A DNA stretch of 64,000 bases, taken from positions 1 to 64,000 of IMG/VR virus record IMGVR_UViG_3300042566_001028. One strand, given 5' to 3'. Each line of letters begins with the position of its first letter. Positions within the stretch are counted from its first letter, which is position 1. This DNA comes from a virus (taxonomy: Duplodnaviria > Caudoviricetes). The notes beneath the pieces were generated by a model, which searched no databases, was not told the DNA's origin, and saw only the letters and a list, made by a program, of their open reading frames with translations. Below are positions 42,094 through 52,417 of this stretch, piece after piece. Position numbers and translations under genes: made by a program.

Positions 42094-43017
42094 ATGATTA
42101 GACTAAAATCTTTATTAAAAGAAGATGACATCGTAAAAAACAAAAAGACAGGAAATGTCTATATTGTTAAACAGATGGACCCGGCTAAACACGACAAACC
42201 TACCCCTGCGGAAACTGATAAAACAAAACAGGCAAACCCGACCACAATTAAAGGAAAAACATCTGGTAAAGATATTCAAACAACTAATATCGGTGGTGGT
42301 AAAGTATATGGTACTATTCATAGAAATACCAAAATGGTTGATGATATAGTTGACCATATAAAATCCACAATACCAAAAGATAGATGGAAAGACATCGTAT
42401 TTGTAGGTGAAGGTGGTGCAACTAATAAAGAAACAGGTGAATTAGAATTCCACGATGAAATGGATTATGCAGTTCCAAAGTTTAAAGAAATGGGTGCAAG
42501 TGTTGATACATTTGATGGTGATGAATTGGATGTTCATAAACCAGATTCTAAACTATACAAAAAACAAATTGAAAAAACAGGACTAAACCAATCACAGGTT
42601 AATGCCGGTAATTGGGCTAGTATGATTGGACAGGGTGAGGGTACCGATACAATGAAACCATCTAAATTTTTAGATGATGCGGGTAAGCAATTTTTACAAG
42701 ATGCAGCAAAAGAAGCAGGATTTCCTACAATAGAAAATTTCGACAATCCAACTGAACAAGATATAGATACATTATATAGATTATCATTTCCACTAGATAA
42801 TGGTGATACTGAAACGAAAGTCAATGATATTCAAGTTGCATTTAATGAAATAAGAGATGAGAATATAATAAATAAATCAAACGAATTGGAAAAACAGGGA
42901 AAAATTCCAATCGTAATTGCAGGAGAAGGTCATATTGAATTAGTTAAAAACGCAATGACCCAAAAACCAAAAATATCAGAATTTTCTTTAAGAGGTATTC
43001 TTAAATCAATTAAATAA
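42094..43017 (+). CDS. putative virion protein with TraB/EreA-like hydrolase motifs
   Basis: Start MIRLKSLLKE; YGTIH, VFVGEG, RDENI, IAGEGH. Confidence 0.55.
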   Translation: MIRLKSLLKEDDIVKNKKTGNVYIVKQMDPAKHDKPTPAETDKTKQANPTTIKGKTSGKDIQTTNIGGGKVYGTIHRNTKMVDDIVDHIKSTIPKDRWKDIVFVGEGGATNKETGELEFHDEMDYAVPKFKEMGASVDTFDGDELDVHKPDSKLYKKQIEKTGLNQSQVNAGNWASMIGQGEGTDTMKPSKFLDDAGKQFLQDAAKEAGFPTIENFDNPTEQDIDTLYRLSFPLDNGDTETKVNDIQVAFNEIRDENIINKSNELEKQGKIPIVIAGEGHIELVKNAMTQKPKISEFSLRGILKSIK

Positions 43018-43041
43018 TATATTTATAATAAACTATAAATT

Positions 43042-43881
43042 ATGTTGTTAAGAAAAGGTGATAATAATGAGAATGTAAAGTTAATGCAACAAAAGTTGGG
43101 TATTGAACCAGCTGTTACTAACTTTGGCCCAAAAACAGAAGCTGCAGTAAAAGCTTGGCAGTCTGCACATGGTTTGACTCCAGATGGTATCGTAGGTGAT
43201 AAGACTTGGGCAATGATTATGGCAGAAGGACAATCGGTTCCTACTCCAGTTGAAACTCCAATACCACAATCAACAGGTGGATTAAAATTAGACAAATTAA
43301 AAGGACATATTCCAGACGCAGTAATCGCAATGATTCCTGACACTGCTGCAAAATTTGGCATCAACACTCCATTAAGATTAGCACACTTCTTAGCACAATG
43401 TGGACATGAAAGTGGTGGATTTAGATTAACACAAGAAAATCTAAACTATTCAGCTAAAGGATTGAATGGTATATTTAAAAAGTATTTCCCAACTGAAGCA
43501 GCTGCAGCACCCTACAATAGAAACCCACAAAAAATTGCAAACAAAGTTTACTCTAATAGAATGGGTAACGGAACTGAAGCAAGCGGTGATGGTTATAAAT
43601 TCAGAGGTAGAGGGTATATTCAATTAACAGGCAAAGATAACTACACTGCATTTGGTAAATCAATCGGAGTAGATATGACGGTTAATCCAGATTTAGTAGC
43701 ATCTCAATACGCATTACTTTCAGCAGCATGGTTCTTTACTAAAAACGGATTACACAAAATGGCTGATGGTGGTGCAACCGACGCAGTAGTAACATCTATT
43801 ACTAAAAGAGTAAATGGTGGAACAATTGGATTGGCCGACAGAATTAAACATTTCAAAGAATATTACCATCTATTGGCGTAA
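43042..43881 (+). CDS. GH19 endolysin with N-terminal peptidoglycan-binding domain
   Basis: FGPKTEAAVKAWQ..HGLTPDGIVG; HFLAQCGHESGGF, ENLNYS, FRGRGYIQLTGKDNY. Confidence 0.92.
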   Translation: MLLRKGDNNENVKLMQQKLGIEPAVTNFGPKTEAAVKAWQSAHGLTPDGIVGDKTWAMIMAEGQSVPTPVETPIPQSTGGLKLDKLKGHIPDAVIAMIPDTAAKFGINTPLRLAHFLAQCGHESGGFRLTQENLNYSAKGLNGIFKKYFPTEAAAAPYNRNPQKIANKVYSNRMGNGTEASGDGYKFRGRGYIQLTGKDNYTAFGKSIGVDMTVNPDLVASQYALLSAAWFFTKNGLHKMADGGATDAVVTSITKRVNGGTIGLADRIKHFKEYYHLLA

Positions 43882-44928
43882 ATGATGTTGTTAAAATCTT
43901 TACTAAACGAACTTTCAAATTGGACGGCCACTAAAAAAGATAGTGGTAAGATTGTTTCTTTTATAAGTAAACAAAATAGAGATGCCGCAATAAAAAAAGG
44001 TACACACGTTGACTCAAAAACAAACAAACCGACTCAGAAAAATAAAAAGGTCAACCCCAAAAAACCTGTTAGTAAACCCAAAAGAGTCAATGTTTTTGGA
44101 ACTAATAAAAAAGAAGAACCAATCAAATCTCCTAATGTACCTATAAAAAGTAGAACGTTAGATACAATAGATAATCTATATGATAATATGGTTAGTAGGT
44201 GGAATGTTGAAAAACAAAAATCCGTTGCTAAAATAGAAAAAACTGCAATAAAAAAACAAGGAGAATGGATAAAAAACTTAGTAAAAGGTGGTGTGGATGC
44301 CAATAAGTATGATACTATAATGTATAATTGGCAAAATTGGTCAGATAAGAAATCATTAAAATCAATAGATAAACTTCTTAAAAATTATCCACCACCACCA
44401 ATTGAAACAAAAGAACCGATATATAGAGGTATTATCCTTTCAAAAAAGGAATATACAAAATTATTAGAAGATTTTAATAATAAAAAAAATATTAAATTAC
44501 CAATTAGTTCATTTACAACATCCTTTGAAACAGCAACAGATTTTGCTAATCCAATAGAACATCCACTAATGATAAAAACAGGTGATAAACCATATTCTGT
44601 TGTTTTTAGAGTTAAAAGTGAATGTGATAAATTAAACGCATTTTCTATGAATAGTAATATCGTATCTAAACGATTAAAACCCTATTCAGAATCTTTTTCA
44701 AATGAACATGAAGTATTGATGCCATCCAATCAAAAATACAAAGTGGATAAAATAAACTATGTTAAATTTTCAGATAAAAAATCATTTGCTAAAAGTATGG
44801 CATTTATTGATTTGGTTCAAACGTGTGCAAAAAATGAAGCAATTGGAGATGATGTGGATTTTACAAATGATGAATTTTATACAAATATATTCCAAACACA
44901 TATGAGACTAGATAAAGAGGGAGATTAA
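43882..44928 (+). CDS. ADP-ribosyltransferase (Alt/VIP2-like)
   Basis: R-S-E clade motifs IYRG, SSFTTS, EHEVL; N-terminus MMLLKSLLNE. Confidence 0.75.
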   Translation: MMLLKSLLNELSNWTATKKDSGKIVSFISKQNRDAAIKKGTHVDSKTNKPTQKNKKVNPKKPVSKPKRVNVFGTNKKEEPIKSPNVPIKSRTLDTIDNLYDNMVSRWNVEKQKSVAKIEKTAIKKQGEWIKNLVKGGVDANKYDTIMYNWQNWSDKKSLKSIDKLLKNYPPPPIETKEPIYRGIILSKKEYTKLLEDFNNKKNIKLPISSFTTSFETATDFANPIEHPLMIKTGDKPYSVVFRVKSECDKLNAFSMNSNIVSKRLKPYSESFSNEHEVLMPSNQKYKVDKINYVKFSDKKSFAKSMAFIDLVQTCAKNEAIGDDVDFTNDEFYTNIFQTHMRLDKEGD

Positions 44929-44942
44929 TTCTCTATTTTTTA

Positions 44943-44974
44943 TTTGGTATACTAAATAATTTTTCGTATATTAC
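44943..44974 (+). promoter_or_regulatory. Bacteroidota-type promoter
   Basis: TTTGG 44943, TATATTAC 44967, ATG at 44979. Confidence 0.75.
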
Positions 44975-44978
44975 TTAT

Positions 44979-45167
44979 ATGGAAAAATTAAAAATTACAT
45001 TAAATGTCATTATTGTTACCTGTGTAATAGGTTTAGCAATATCTTATTTGACACAATTGATACCGATGTTACCAAAATTAACTTTTTTGGAAGCAGTTGG
45101 TGTATATTGTCTTTGGACACCTGTTCATCATTTTTTGAATAGTTTTGGAAAAGATAATATAGAATAA
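44979..45167 (+). CDS. small two-TM membrane protein
   Basis: Two hydrophobic segments; own promoter. Confidence 0.6.
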   Translation: MEKLKITLNVIIVTCVIGLAISYLTQLIPMLPKLTFLEAVGVYCLWTPVHHFLNSFGKDNIE

Positions 45168-45224
45168 ATACTGATTATAATCACTTCGTTATATTTATAT
45201 TCGTAAAAGTAAAATGAGTATAAA

Positions 45225-45878
45225 ATGAAAGCAAAGTTATTGCAATTAAAGCAAAATTGGAGAGATACCCTTGCGATGGTATTTCTAAGTTTAGTAGGTA
45301 TATGGATTGTTTTCGCATTGTTATTCCAACTTACAATGGTTGGTATACATTTTGCAGGTAAAACCGAATTGGAAACAAATATATCAAATTGGTTTAGTTG
45401 GAAATTTGATGGAACATTCAAAAACGACCCTAACAATATTTGGTATAACGCCGAAGACCATATTTGGGTTGAGAGTGTTACAAATCAAGTTAAAATAGGA
45501 AAATTAGCCGGAAATAGAAAATTGGAATTCGGTGTAAAGAATATATTAGAAGAATATTTGCAAGATAAAGGTTATGACATCACCCCATCTGCAACTTACA
45601 AATTGAAAGTGGATATTATATTTTTAGATGTATTAACGACTAAAAAGAATGTATCAGTATTTCATAGTAACGAACAAGAAGTTGTTATCCGTTTAAGAGG
45701 AACACTTTACAAAGATGGTAAAAAAGAAAAAGAGGTTATGGTTGAAGAAAGTTCATCAGAAATCTCTATGTCAACTCTCATAGTAGATGAAGGTGGAAAG
45801 TTCAATCAGACTTCGTTAAGTAATGCACTTAAAAAAGGTTCCGGTCAACTTATCACCAAACTATTAGGAGAAAAATAA
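45225..45878 (+). CDS. membrane-anchored CsgG/HfaB-like protein
   Basis: TM helix; shares GV.NI..EYL and KFNQ......A.KK with 54846..55565. Confidence 0.55.
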   Translation: MKAKLLQLKQNWRDTLAMVFLSLVGIWIVFALLFQLTMVGIHFAGKTELETNISNWFSWKFDGTFKNDPNNIWYNAEDHIWVESVTNQVKIGKLAGNRKLEFGVKNILEEYLQDKGYDITPSATYKLKVDIIFLDVLTTKKNVSVFHSNEQEVVIRLRGTLYKDGKKEKEVMVEESSSEISMSTLIVDEGGKFNQTSLSNALKKGSGQLITKLLGEK

Positions 45879-47524
45879 TGAAAAAAATCATTTTATTTAT
45901 TGGGGTATTCTTATCAATATCCCTATCGGCATTTAGTCAATTAAATATTAGTCAGTCACTAACTCCAACAACTGGATTAAAAGTTGGTGATACTATAACA
46001 GTTAAATATACTTTAACAAAAGGGGACACTATTGTTAATCCTCGTTATCTTTGGTTTAGATACCAATTTAACAATAAGGCATTGACTTACCTTTCAACTG
46101 AATTTAATCAGGGTGCATCAACACAAACATTTTATACAGGTTGGAATAACTATAAGTTTACTCCAAATGCAGGTGCAAGTGATAACGCTTTGAATTTACA
46201 ATATAGTTTAAGTCCTTGGAATTATGCAGTAAATGCAGATTGGAATGTTGGTCAATTGACAATTCAAAGAGCAGACCGTTCTATCACAGGATTGTTGGCA
46301 ACACAAAAATATATTCTAAAAGACCAAAATACTTATAACAACATTTTCAAAATAGACTTAGCAACTGGTACTGATACAACTGGTGCAAATGTTGGAACTA
46401 TTACCGGTGGTGGATTTTCATCTATAACAAATGTAACAGGTAATACATCACAATTCAAAGTTAGAGTTTTATTCCCACAAGGATATACGATTTCTGACCA
46501 CAATGTTCAATTGATGAGATTGAAAACGGATGGTAGTGGTGATATAGACTGGTCACAACAACCTATTACACAGGCTGCATTGGATGCAAGTGGTGAGGTA
46601 ATATTCACATCAGGTATTAAAGTTGGTGATAGTGTTGGTGTATTTGTATCACCTGCTTCTCAAAAGACTTGGATGAATAATGTAATCACAGTTTCAGATG
46701 CATATAAAGCATTCTTAGGACATTCTCAAACTGATATTAGTGGAACTGCAAACTTCTTTACAAGACCTGTTTTAGAAAGAAAAATAGGTAATGTAACAAA
46801 AAATGATATGACATTCAACGAAGCTGACTCATATAACTTATTTGCATATGTAATCGGACAAGATGTATCTACAAATGCATTTATCCCAACATCAACTTCA
46901 ACTTCTTGGAGATGGCATAGTGGTTTGTTAAATCAAAGTTGGTTAGATAGTATTACTAAGAATAGAGTATACGTTACCGCTCCATCACAAACCGTTGATG
47001 CGGTATTTGCATGGGGTGGTGATTTAAACTGGTCACACTCATCTCATCCTGACACAATTGCAACTAGAATTACACAAGGTAATTTTACAAATTCAATAAA
47101 CGATAGAAACTTCCAATCATTCTCAGTAAAGTCAATGTCATATACTCAACCTACATTTGAAAAGGCAACATTGGGTATCAACTCTACTTTAGAAAATGGT
47201 AAAGTTATATTAACTGCAACATTAACAAAAGAAGGATTGGCAGGTTTACAAGTTATTATGAATTATGATGAAAGTAAATTAACTTTGGATAATGTTTCAT
47301 TTGATGCAGGTTCTACAATTACAAACTTTTCAACTCGTGATGGTAGTAGATTAACATTTGGTTCAATTGACCAATTAAAGACAGCAAGAATCAAAGTGGG
47401 AACACCATATAAATTAGTATTCACACCAAAAGAAACTTTAACAAATACTGCAGGATTATTCTATTTTATATTAGCAGATGCAGTAGATGGTTTGGGTAAG
47501 AAAATTGATTTAACAATAGAATAA
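45878..47524 (+). CDS. secreted cohesin/dockerin-like domain protein
   Basis: Signal peptide; N- and C-terminal cohesin-like domains (GLQVIMNYDESKL); central TVSDAY...NEADSY. Confidence 0.65.
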   Translation: MKKIILFIGVFLSISLSAFSQLNISQSLTPTTGLKVGDTITVKYTLTKGDTIVNPRYLWFRYQFNNKALTYLSTEFNQGASTQTFYTGWNNYKFTPNAGASDNALNLQYSLSPWNYAVNADWNVGQLTIQRADRSITGLLATQKYILKDQNTYNNIFKIDLATGTDTTGANVGTITGGGFSSITNVTGNTSQFKVRVLFPQGYTISDHNVQLMRLKTDGSGDIDWSQQPITQAALDASGEVIFTSGIKVGDSVGVFVSPASQKTWMNNVITVSDAYKAFLGHSQTDISGTANFFTRPVLERKIGNVTKNDMTFNEADSYNLFAYVIGQDVSTNAFIPTSTSTSWRWHSGLLNQSWLDSITKNRVYVTAPSQTVDAVFAWGGDLNWSHSSHPDTIATRITQGNFTNSINDRNFQSFSVKSMSYTQPTFEKATLGINSTLENGKVILTATLTKEGLAGLQVIMNYDESKLTLDNVSFDAGSTITNFSTRDGSRLTFGSIDQLKTARIKVGTPYKLVFTPKETLTNTAGLFYFILADAVDGLGKKIDLTIE

Positions 47525-47525
47525 T

Positions 47526-50114
47526 ATGAAACAAATATTAGTTACATTATTTCTTTTAATATCATTTTTAGGGTTTGGTCAGTCGGTTTCGGCACCAGAC
47601 CCTAAATCATTTACTGTCAATACGACTGGACAAGATGCTAGTGGATTTGAGTTAAATGGATTTAGTTCAACTGCAACTTTATTAGCATCGGTTAGTTTAG
47701 TAAATCCACCAACGGGCACAACATTCTATTTGAATACTTACACAGGTTTGACTGCAGCAAGTGGGTTTAATTTAATTGGTAATAAAACCAAATTAGTGTT
47801 TACGGGAACAATGGCCAGTATCAATACGGCATTATCATCTTTAAAAATAAACACAGGTTCTATTTCAGGTGATATTGTCATATCAGTCGCAGCAACTATA
47901 AATCCAACTGGTTTCTTTTACAATGGAACAAACGGACACTTTTATAGACCAATATCAACAGGAACAAGCTATACGGGTGCAAGAGCAGCGGCATTAAATA
48001 CTACATTTAAAGGCCAGACTGGATATTTAGTAACAATAACTTCAGCAGATGAAGATTCATTTGTATTCAATAATGTTCCACAAACAAATATTTGGTTTGC
48101 ATTAACCGATGAAGAAACCGAAGGTCAATGGAAAATTGATGCTGGTCCTGAAAAGGGAACTTTAATCAAAACATCAAACGGACAAACTGCGGGTAATATA
48201 CAAGGACAGTACAATAACTGGGCACCTGGTGAACCAAACAATAGTGGTAACGAAGATTATGCGGTAACAAAATGGAACGGTTCTCAATGGAATGATTTAC
48301 CGAATGGATTTAGTTGCCCTTATGTAATTGAATACGGAACTTGGACTAACCCTGATGATGCAACATTTACGGAGTTTTATACTAATTCGGTTTCTCATTC
48401 AAACGGGCAAACACTAAAGGCTTTATTCAATTTTACATTTGGTTCGGTGATTGATAAAAGTAAGTTTTCGGCACAAATATTCAAAAGAAATGATGCAACT
48501 TCTACATGGGAAACAACATCTGGATATAAATCATTAAGTGGTTTGGGTAAGGTATATCTTTCAAATCAAATAGATACAGCAAAACTTTATTCAACAGCAA
48601 TTCAATTAGGAGCTGGGACATCCGATATGACACAATTCACTAATGCAGATATCGGTAAGGTTTATAAATTGACAACAACGGGTACAACTGGTGGTGGATG
48701 GGGAACGGATATCTATACAAGTGATTCTTACATACCCGCAATGGCAGTACATGCTGGTGTTTTAACAATCGGCCAAACAAAAGAAATTTATATTAAAATA
48801 GTTGAAGGAAAAAGTAGTTATTTAGGTTCAACCCGTAATGGAATCACAACGTCAGAATGGGGTGGATGGGGATTGAGTTATCAATTTGTATCTCAACCAT
48901 CTTCATACAAGGCAATATCATCACCTGGCCAAGTTGAATGGTGTGTAATATATGATTACGATGCATCAAATCAAAGATATAGAGTTGGAATTGATAAAAG
49001 AGAATTTGATGGAACCAATGTATCACCAAATAATGTATCATCACTAAAATTATTTGATTTGTGGGATGGAAATGTAACATTTGATAGTGAAGACATATAT
49101 TGGGCAAATTATTGGGTTTATACATCTACACAATTTAATTATGCAGGTTCATCTTATTCATCGAATTTAAGAGCAGGAAATGGATTTTATGGAGTAAGTA
49201 GTGAGTTTGCCTTTTCACAATTAGGTGCATACAAACAACACAAAATGGAACTAAATGAATACGATAATGCACAATTAAAAACATTATATAATAACATTGT
49301 AACAGTATCGGATGTTTATTTGGCATTTAAGGAATTATCTAATAAGGGTTTATTTGGTAATCAAAGTGGTAATGAATTTGGATATGGTATTCAATATGTA
49401 AATGCAGATGTGGATGATAATGGTGTATTCAATGAAGTGGATACATATAAATTATTACAAAATTTAACGGGTGTAAATGATTTAGTTAGCAGTTATACTT
49501 TGGATAATACTATAAAAGTAATACCTGACTCAATCTATAATTTAATTGGTAAATCAACGTGGAGTTCGTTTACATCATATAAAGGTAAATCTTATTCATT
49601 TAGTTTATTGGATAATGTGTTGAATTACAATTACAATTTATCTGTGAGTTGGAAAGGTGACGTAAATCTATCTCATTCAGCAACACCGCCTTCAAATAAC
49701 ATTACTACAATGTCGGTTAGAACATCAATGAGTACACCGATATCAAATGAAATAAATACATCAATCATAACGGAATTGGTAGGTGATAGTGTTGTTGCAT
49801 ATATTACAATAGACCCATTACAACAAGAATTAGTAGGAACACAATTCAAATTAAATTACGATAATAGTTTATTAAAGTTTAGTAGTGTATCTTACAAAAC
49901 AAAAGGTTCACCAACCAATTACGGAACTGACAAAGGTGATTATATCAATTTAGGTTCTTTAATTACGGATGGTGGAATTTTAGATAATACAACTGAATAC
50001 AAAATTAGTTTCAAACCACAAACAAAATTAGATAATATATTGGGATTGATTTCAGTTGGATTTATGGATGCAGTAAATAAAAGTGGTAGAACATTAAAAG
50101 TAATAATGAAATAA
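47526..50114 (+). CDS. secreted C-type lectin + LCCL + dockerin-like + cohesin-like protein
   Basis: Signal peptide; YLVTITS..E, WAPGEPNN, WND; WGTDIYTSDS..AVHAG; ADVDDNG..NEVD; GTQFKLNYD. Confidence 0.75.
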   Translation: MKQILVTLFLLISFLGFGQSVSAPDPKSFTVNTTGQDASGFELNGFSSTATLLASVSLVNPPTGTTFYLNTYTGLTAASGFNLIGNKTKLVFTGTMASINTALSSLKINTGSISGDIVISVAATINPTGFFYNGTNGHFYRPISTGTSYTGARAAALNTTFKGQTGYLVTITSADEDSFVFNNVPQTNIWFALTDEETEGQWKIDAGPEKGTLIKTSNGQTAGNIQGQYNNWAPGEPNNSGNEDYAVTKWNGSQWNDLPNGFSCPYVIEYGTWTNPDDATFTEFYTNSVSHSNGQTLKALFNFTFGSVIDKSKFSAQIFKRNDATSTWETTSGYKSLSGLGKVYLSNQIDTAKLYSTAIQLGAGTSDMTQFTNADIGKVYKLTTTGTTGGGWGTDIYTSDSYIPAMAVHAGVLTIGQTKEIYIKIVEGKSSYLGSTRNGITTSEWGGWGLSYQFVSQPSSYKAISSPGQVEWCVIYDYDASNQRYRVGIDKREFDGTNVSPNNVSSLKLFDLWDGNVTFDSEDIYWANYWVYTSTQFNYAGSSYSSNLRAGNGFYGVSSEFAFSQLGAYKQHKMELNEYDNAQLKTLYNNIVTVSDVYLAFKELSNKGLFGNQSGNEFGYGIQYVNADVDDNGVFNEVDTYKLLQNLTGVNDLVSSYTLDNTIKVIPDSIYNLIGKSTWSSFTSYKGKSYSFSLLDNVLNYNYNLSVSWKGDVNLSHSATPPSNNITTMSVRTSMSTPISNEINTSIITELVGDSVVAYITIDPLQQELVGTQFKLNYDNSLLKFSSVSYKTKGSPTNYGTDKGDYINLGSLITDGGILDNTTEYKISFKPQTKLDNILGLISVGFMDAVNKSGRTLKVIMK

Positions 50115-50129
50115 AAAACTAAAAAAATT

Positions 50130-50411
50130 ATGGAATTTAATTTTGGATATGATGAAATGAAGAATTTCATATTAAAGACTGGTAAATATAAAATTGTAAA
50201 TGTTAAGTGTTTTAAACAAGTTCCTAGTAGCTGGTATAATGGTTTCCGATATACGGAAGAAGAAGTATATGTAGAAGTGGCTTACCTAATAGATGATATT
50301 GAAACTGAAAAATGGTTATTTAATGGTGAGTGGAAAGGAAACTATATGCTGCAGGGGAGGATTGAATCGGCTTTTCATACAGAGATGAAAAATAAACTAT
50401 TAAATTTATAA
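50130..50411 (+). CDS. hypothetical protein
   Basis: 93 aa, no signal peptide, inserted in the operon. Confidence 0.55.
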   Translation: MEFNFGYDEMKNFILKTGKYKIVNVKCFKQVPSSWYNGFRYTEEEVYVEVAYLIDDIETEKWLFNGEWKGNYMLQGRIESAFHTEMKNKLLNL

Positions 50412-50416
50412 TATAA

Positions 50417-51310
50417 GTGAAAAAATTATTATTAATCATATCGTTAGTTTTAATTGGATTTGTATCAAACGCACAAATACAAAAACCTGATACATTACAA
50501 TTATCGGCAAAAGAACTATTTGGAGAAAGTGATGACTGGAACGATGTGGGTATATTACAATCCTATGTTAATTTTTCAAAAGATGTTCTCTCATCATCAA
50601 ACCTTTCAGTTGGTGTAATTGGGAGACAAGTATCAACTACTCTTAATTTAGGATACCATAAATCATCTTTAAATGGACAATGGGGACACACATTTGCAGC
50701 ATCAATAAATCCTATATGGAACTATTATGGTGTGGGATATGGACTTAGTAGAAATACAGAAAAAAGAACAACAACAATACAAACATTTTATTCTACGGAC
50801 TTTGATTTCCAAAAAGATATTAACCTATCTTTTATAGATGTGTTTAGAACAAAAAAGTATGGAACATTCGGTTATAGTTTAACGGCATCAAAATCATTTT
50901 GGGGAACTTATCAGGGTGAGTGGGAAGGGAAATACACGGTAGATGAAAATGGTGATTTTAAAGATTTAATATATCCACAAATGCCCGCATCATCCGAACT
51001 TACTTATAGAGGTATGGTGATGTACACTTACACATTGAAAACAAAGAGGGTAGATATTTCACCGCAAGTATTTGCAATGAGTGATGTATATAAAGTATTT
51101 AAAGATGGAACTGAATCGGATTTAGCATATGTAGATGATTTTAATTTGGACTTATATTATGGTGTATCTATGGATTGGAAAATAACTAAAAGATTTGTAT
51201 TAAATACCAATATCAGATATAACACAACTTGGGATAAATTAAGTGAATCGGTTGGATATAAAAAGAGTAACCCAATCCTATTTATGATAGGAACAAACTT
51301 TCAATTTTAA
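50417..51310 (+). CDS. outer membrane beta-barrel protein
   Basis: Signal peptide, alternating aromatic strands, C-terminal Phe (GTNFQF). Confidence 0.7.
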   Translation: MKKLLLIISLVLIGFVSNAQIQKPDTLQLSAKELFGESDDWNDVGILQSYVNFSKDVLSSSNLSVGVIGRQVSTTLNLGYHKSSLNGQWGHTFAASINPIWNYYGVGYGLSRNTEKRTTTIQTFYSTDFDFQKDINLSFIDVFRTKKYGTFGYSLTASKSFWGTYQGEWEGKYTVDENGDFKDLIYPQMPASSELTYRGMVMYTYTLKTKRVDISPQVFAMSDVYKVFKDGTESDLAYVDDFNLDLYYGVSMDWKITKRFVLNTNIRYNTTWDKLSESVGYKKSNPILFMIGTNFQF

Positions 51311-51681
51311 TGAGTAAAAAAGATTTAATATCATTCGTAGTAATTTATTTATTAATCACATTTGCAATATTATTTAGTGGTTGTAGAAAAACACAAGTTA
51401 TACCTACACCACAACCTGTTGTAAATATATTTAGTGTTAGAGAAAGTAGTGTATCAAACGGGCAAGAAATACAATTTGAATTACCTAAAAGTGGTGTGTA
51501 TACATTGACTTTAGGTGATAGTGTGAATAACCAAGTTTTGACAAGAGAAAGATTTATCGGACAAATTGGACAAAATAAAAAGAAAATATACACTAAATCA
51601 CTTTCAGTTAAATATTTATATCTGTTATTGGAGGATGAAAACAAAAGTAAAGTAGGAAAAACAATAATAATAGTAAAGTAA
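51310..51681 (+). CDS. lipoprotein with Ig-like domain
   Basis: Lipobox FSGC-RK; beta-rich. Confidence 0.7.
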   Translation: MSKKDLISFVVIYLLITFAILFSGCRKTQVIPTPQPVVNIFSVRESSVSNGQEIQFELPKSGVYTLTLGDSVNNQVLTRERFIGQIGQNKKKIYTKSLSVKYLYLLLEDENKSKVGKTIIIVK

Positions 51682-51682
51682 A

Positions 51683-52066
51683 ATGAGAAAAATTGACAAA
51701 CTTTTAGGATTAGGATTTTTGGTAACATTGTTAGCATTGAGTTGTAGAAAGATTGACTTACCTGCACCAGTTGCACAAGAATTACCATCGGAATTAAAAA
51801 TATCAAATTCAGTAGGTATTAAATTACAAACTGCATTCGTAACATCGGAAGTTGCAATGAATGTAAAAAGTGATATAGCACAAACTGTCACTATTAGAAT
51901 ATTTGATATTGCAAACAAAGTTGTATCAAAATCTACAAGTGATGTAAATGTGGGTGACAATGTATTAAAAGTATATACAAATGCACTACCATCATCTGCT
52001 TATAGAATTGGAATATATGATATGGGTGGTAAACAATTAGGAATAACAGATTTTAACAAATTATAA
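51683..52066 (+). CDS. lipoprotein with Ig-like (FlgD/T9SS-CTD-like) domain
   Basis: Lipobox ALSC-RK; TIRIFDI, VGDN...LPSSAY. Confidence 0.7.
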   Translation: MRKIDKLLGLGFLVTLLALSCRKIDLPAPVAQELPSELKISNSVGIKLQTAFVTSEVAMNVKSDIAQTVTIRIFDIANKVVSKSTSDVNVGDNVLKVYTNALPSSAYRIGIYDMGGKQLGITDFNKL

Positions 52067-52079
52067 AAAACAACAATTT

Positions 52080-52391
52080 ATGTCAGAAGAAGTAGAAAAA
52101 TCAGAATCAACCGGTGGTTCAATTAAGAATATACTTATCGGTTTAGTATCAACAATCACATTAGGTGTGGGTGGTTGGTTCACAACAAAGTTAACAGGTG
52201 GTGACAAAGAAGAAACTCCAGTTCAACAAGCAGCTCCAGTAATTAACATTACAAATTCTAATCAACAATCACAATCTGCAGGTGGAACAACTAAAGTTAT
52301 TGAAAGAGAAAGAGTAGTTGAAAAAGAAAAACCAGCTCCAAAACCAAAAAAGGAAGCAGACGAATTTAAAGAGAAGCCTGCAGCTTGGTAA
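52080..52391 (+). CDS. single-TM membrane protein
   Basis: One TM helix; low-complexity tail ending in W. Confidence 0.6.
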   Translation: MSEEVEKSESTGGSIKNILIGLVSTITLGVGGWFTTKLTGGDKEETPVQQAAPVINITNSNQQSQSAGGTTKVIERERVVEKEKPAPKPKKEADEFKEKPAAW

Positions 52392-52417
52392 TTTAGAAAA
52401 TTAAAAATTTATATAAA

